Source of the DNA: Fidelibacterota bacterium
GTDB lineage: Bacteria; Fidelibacterota; Marinisomatia; SCGC-AAA003-L08; GCA-2689995
Length of the DNA: 64,000 bases
Direction of reading: 5' to 3'
Assembly (NCBI GenBank): GCA_014381925.1
Contig: JACNKR010000025.1
Span: 18,506-82,505 of the forward strand
Below are positions 60,906 through 64,000 of the stretch, one piece after another. The translations under genes were made by a program, and so were the position numbers. How positions within the stretch are numbered: the stretch's first letter is position 1; each line of letters begins with the position of its first letter. The notes under the pieces are model-generated. The model ran no database searches. It worked only from the letters and a program-made list of their open reading frames with translations, and was not told the origin of the DNA.

Positions 60906-62837
60906 TTATTTTTTCCAAATTAATTGTTTTTTATGTGTTTTATGTACCCCTTTATCAGCATTATTTCCATTTCTTAAAATAAAATAACCATAATTTTTAA
61001 AGAACTTTAATTTATTTAATACAGGAATAATTTGTTTTTCAGAATCTGAATAGATTATTAAATTTGTAAGATTCTTTTGTGAATGGATTGCGTATGTGAG
61101 ACAGTGGTTTTTTAAATAAAATTTACGACCATTCAATATTATGTCTGTTTCTGTTGATAAATATTTAAATTCATTTGGCAAGTCACCAATAATAATAGAG
61201 GGTAAATTTGAGTTTAATTCATCAAATTTTGTGAATATAATATTTTGATTTTGAAAAACATCCAAAATTAATTTATGGATATGGGTTTGATTTGAGATTT
61301 GATCTGAAATTGAGACTTGCAAAATTGAATAATTAAAGATATCTTTAATTTTAGTATCAATTTCTGTTTCATTCAATGTACGGAAAATTTGATACGATGG
61401 ATCAATTTCTATTTTAATTAAACTTGAATCTATTTTATTTGCAAGAGTGGTTTTAAATGACTTTGTATATAAAGTGCTATCTAAATTAGTTTTATTGTTA
61501 AAATAATAGGAGACTGGCAATAACATAGGTAATACTTTGTTTGGTTGTAATAATGAGATTATTTGTTCTGATTCTACAATTTCAATAGTTGGAATTTCAA
61601 ATTGAAAAGAAGATCTCTCCGTTAAATAAAAATCCATATCATTAAATAATTCATCAAAAAGAAAAGTAAAATATTTTGTTTTATCCACTTTATTGAAAGC
61701 AAATTTTTCAATAGATAATTGCAGTTTATTTATTAAATTTTCATTCCCAAGTTGTTTTTCTAATGTGAATAAGAGAAATAAATAGTTTTGAATTTCATTT
61801 TTATCTATTTCAGTTTGTAAGGTATCATTAAAGATATTTGAAGTTATTGATTTAGAATTTGAATTAAGAATCTCTTTTCTAAATAATTGGGCAGAAATTG
61901 GGTTTTTATATAATGCTGGTAGATAATCTAATAAATAAATTTGAATTGCTTCAACCCAGTTTAGGTTAGATAAATCTGTTGGAAATAAATAATATCTATA
62001 ATATTGATTTAATATTTTATTGGGTAATTTGTTTAGTTCAGCCTTTAATTTCAATGGATTAATAAAAATAATTGAGTTTGATTCAAATTCATACTCGCTG
62101 AGTATAATATCAAATTTAGGAAATGGGAATGGGCCTAATAAATTTTCAATTGTCTGAAATGCTGTAAAAAAATTATTTATAATTTCATCTTTTTCTTGAT
62201 TAGCTAAATTTTTAGAATATAGTGTAAGTAATAACTTATTTAATTGTGGTGTCTCCTGGTAATCTTTTAAAAAAAATAAATTTAATTGAGTAATTTTTTT
62301 TGGTGATAAAATTTTATAGCTATTTTGTTTATTTTTTATTTTCATAACATTACCGTCACTAATTAATTTCCAATCAGATGGTATTTGTAAATGAAATTCA
62401 AATTGAGATGTAAATTCATTCCCTGTTGGATAAAAATATTCACTTGCTTTCAATTGTACAAGTTGATTGGGTATTATTTCATAAAAAATTTCCGATTGAC
62501 TTGAATAATATTCAATATAGATTAAGGCTTCTTTGGGTTCCCAGAAATTTCGATGTATTTTATACTGAGTTTGTGAAGGACCTGAAACTAATTTAGTGAA
62601 TTTCCGTATTTTATCATTTATTAATATTGCCGTAATTGTTAATTCAGATGAAAGATTAAATGTCCAATGAGGGTTTGCTTTACATTCAATTTTATCTATA
62701 AATGTTGCTTCATTATTATCAATATTTAATCGAGCACCTAAATAATGTTTTGAAATAACTCCAGCAGGAAGGGTGGAAAATATTATAAATAGAAATAATA
62801 AAAATTTATTTATTCGATGAGAGATATCTATAAACAT
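60906..62837 (-). CDS. M1 aminopeptidase-like protein lacking HEXXH
   Basis: LGPFPFPKFDII, NWVEAI, IDPSYQIFRTL; NKILNQYY at the expected HEXXH position. Confidence 0.5.
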   Translation of the reverse strand: MFIDISHRINKFLLFLFIIFSTLPAGVISKHYLGARLNIDNNEATFIDKIECKANPHWTFNLSSELTITAILINDKIRKFTKLVSGPSQTQYKIHRNFWEPKEALIYIEYYSSQSEIFYEIIPNQLVQLKASEYFYPTGNEFTSQFEFHLQIPSDWKLISDGNVMKIKNKQNSYKILSPKKITQLNLFFLKDYQETPQLNKLLLTLYSKNLANQEKDEIINNFFTAFQTIENLLGPFPFPKFDIILSEYEFESNSIIFINPLKLKAELNKLPNKILNQYYRYYLFPTDLSNLNWVEAIQIYLLDYLPALYKNPISAQLFRKEILNSNSKSITSNIFNDTLQTEIDKNEIQNYLFLLFTLEKQLGNENLINKLQLSIEKFAFNKVDKTKYFTFLFDELFNDMDFYLTERSSFQFEIPTIEIVESEQIISLLQPNKVLPMLLPVSYYFNNKTNLDSTLYTKSFKTTLANKIDSSLIKIEIDPSYQIFRTLNETEIDTKIKDIFNYSILQVSISDQISNQTHIHKLILDVFQNQNIIFTKFDELNSNLPSIIIGDLPNEFKYLSTETDIILNGRKFYLKNHCLTYAIHSQKNLTNLIIYSDSEKQIIPVLNKLKFFKNYGYFILRNGNNADKGVHKTHKKQLIWKK

Positions 62838-64000
62838 TATAGTGTAAGCTTAAAATTATCAATAATCATTCCGGGGCATTTTACTCCTCCCAATGAACGA
62901 GCATTATAAGTTGATACATCTGGGATTATTTGTGTTTTTTTTGAAATATGTAATAAGTTGTTTCCAAAGAAATTATAAAAACTATCATCAAACCTCATTT
63001 GTTCAATTGGTGATTTTATTTCTCCATTTTCAACCCAAAATGATGCGTATCGAGTCATACCTGTTATTCTACCATTGGGTTGGTCACTCCAATTTAAATA
63101 ATGGAGGTTGGATAAATAAATCCCAGTACCAATTTTTTTTAGAATATCATTTTCATTCATATCCCCAGGAGCAATTATGGGAGTTCTAAGTCCTTCATTT
63201 ATTTCTGCTTTATTGCTTTCCAAATTATATTCTATTGCTGTACGAGATGAAATAAGTGTATTTATTAGTTTTCCTGATGAAATAATATTTAATTTATCTG
63301 GAGAAAGTTCACCATAATTATTGAACCGAGCGTTCAATCCTAAATTAAAATCTTCAATTAAATTAAATTGAGGGTTTAGGGATATATTTTCATTTCTCAT
63401 TTTACAAAATGAGCTCGCTCCTTGTCTAATTGCACTTTCACTAATGCCCCCCCAACTAAACATATTTATTAAATCTGAAATTCCAGCAGGAGCAATATAG
63501 GTTCTATATTTTCCAGGTTTTAGCCTTATATTTTTCTTTTCCAAAGAATTTAATTTTAGAATTGCATTTTCAATATATTGATTATAATCTTTTTGATTCC
63601 AATAATTTCCTGCATAAGTCTCTTTTACCATTTTTTCATCTTTGGTAATAAGTGAAAAATCGAAAGAATAATTTTCAGTTTCAAACCAATGAAAAACCCC
63701 TTTGCAATTTGCAAATCCTTTAAATATTATTCCTGATGCCCAAATTCCAGAGGAATCTACTTTTGAAAGTGGAGGAAGGATTGAGTCTAAAATATCATCG
63801 TCATTTATGAGGTTACCTTTTATTGTTTTTTTACTTGATTCACCTTCTTTTGGTAACACAATAAATGGATCATTGGGTAATTCATTTATATATGTTCTCA
63901 TTTTATTTAATTCTGATTCTATTTTAATTAAATTTGAATTATTATTTGATGTTAATGTAAAACCATGAACTGTTTTTTTCTGACCAATAATTAATTCAAT
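62837..64000 (-). CDS. TldD/PmbA-family protein (5'-truncated by window edge)
   Basis: Frame is open to nt 64000; PGKYRTYIAP, YLSNLHYLNWSD, TGMTR, MRFDD. Confidence 0.8.
   Translation of the reverse strand: MELIIGQKKTVHGFTLTSNNNSNLIKIESELNKMRTYINELPNDPFIVLPKEGESSKKTIKGNLINDDDILDSILPPLSKVDSSGIWASGIIFKGFANCKGVFHWFETENYSFDFSLITKDEKMVKETYAGNYWNQKDYNQYIENAILKLNSLEKKNIRLKPGKYRTYIAPAGISDLINMFSWGGISESAIRQGASSFCKMRNENISLNPQFNLIEDFNLGLNARFNNYGELSPDKLNIISSGKLINTLISSRTAIEYNLESNKAEINEGLRTPIIAPGDMNENDILKKIGTGIYLSNLHYLNWSDQPNGRITGMTRYASFWVENGEIKSPIEQMRFDDSFYNFFGNNLLHISKKTQIIPDVSTYNARSLGGVKCPGMIIDNFKLTL

Overview
Very AT-rich, tightly packed bacterial chromosome segment with many ATGA overlaps. The gene content (several dockerin-tagged secreted proteins, a GCxD-x-A-x-NYNP-x-A-xx-DDGSC motif, FCB-type lipoproteins) suggests Ca. 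Marinimicrobia (SAR406) or a related FCB lineage; this is inference. About 1-33.9 kb and 51.2-64 kb are mostly core genes: polA, a peptidoglycan-recycling cluster, alaS, gcvPB, purF, a UbiA-like/ferredoxin/geranylgeranyl-reductase trio, dinG, hutH, rpsT, manC, sdaA, radC. About 34-51 kb is accessory: (i) an ArsR/TetR cluster with a 14-Cys membrane mini-protein; (ii) an orphan flagellin whose variable region is a vWA/MIDAS domain, directly behind a near-consensus sigma28 promoter; (iii) an ~11.6 kb XRE-led minus-strand run that looks like an unusual defence system. Its core is an intact McrC-like nuclease and an intact 1152-aa McrB-like AAA+ protein fused to an Hsp70-like ATPase (phosphate-1 motif displaced C-terminally) through a 17-triplet collagen linker. 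Reading through stops and frameshifts reveals partner genes the ORF track splits or misses: a RelE-like protein, a DUF2325-like protein, a UvrD-exonuclease fusion and a YdjM-like hydrolase. All four are disrupted while the McrBC core is intact. No tRNA, rRNA, CRISPR array, integrase or transposase was seen. Family calls come from motif recognition by eye, not database searches.
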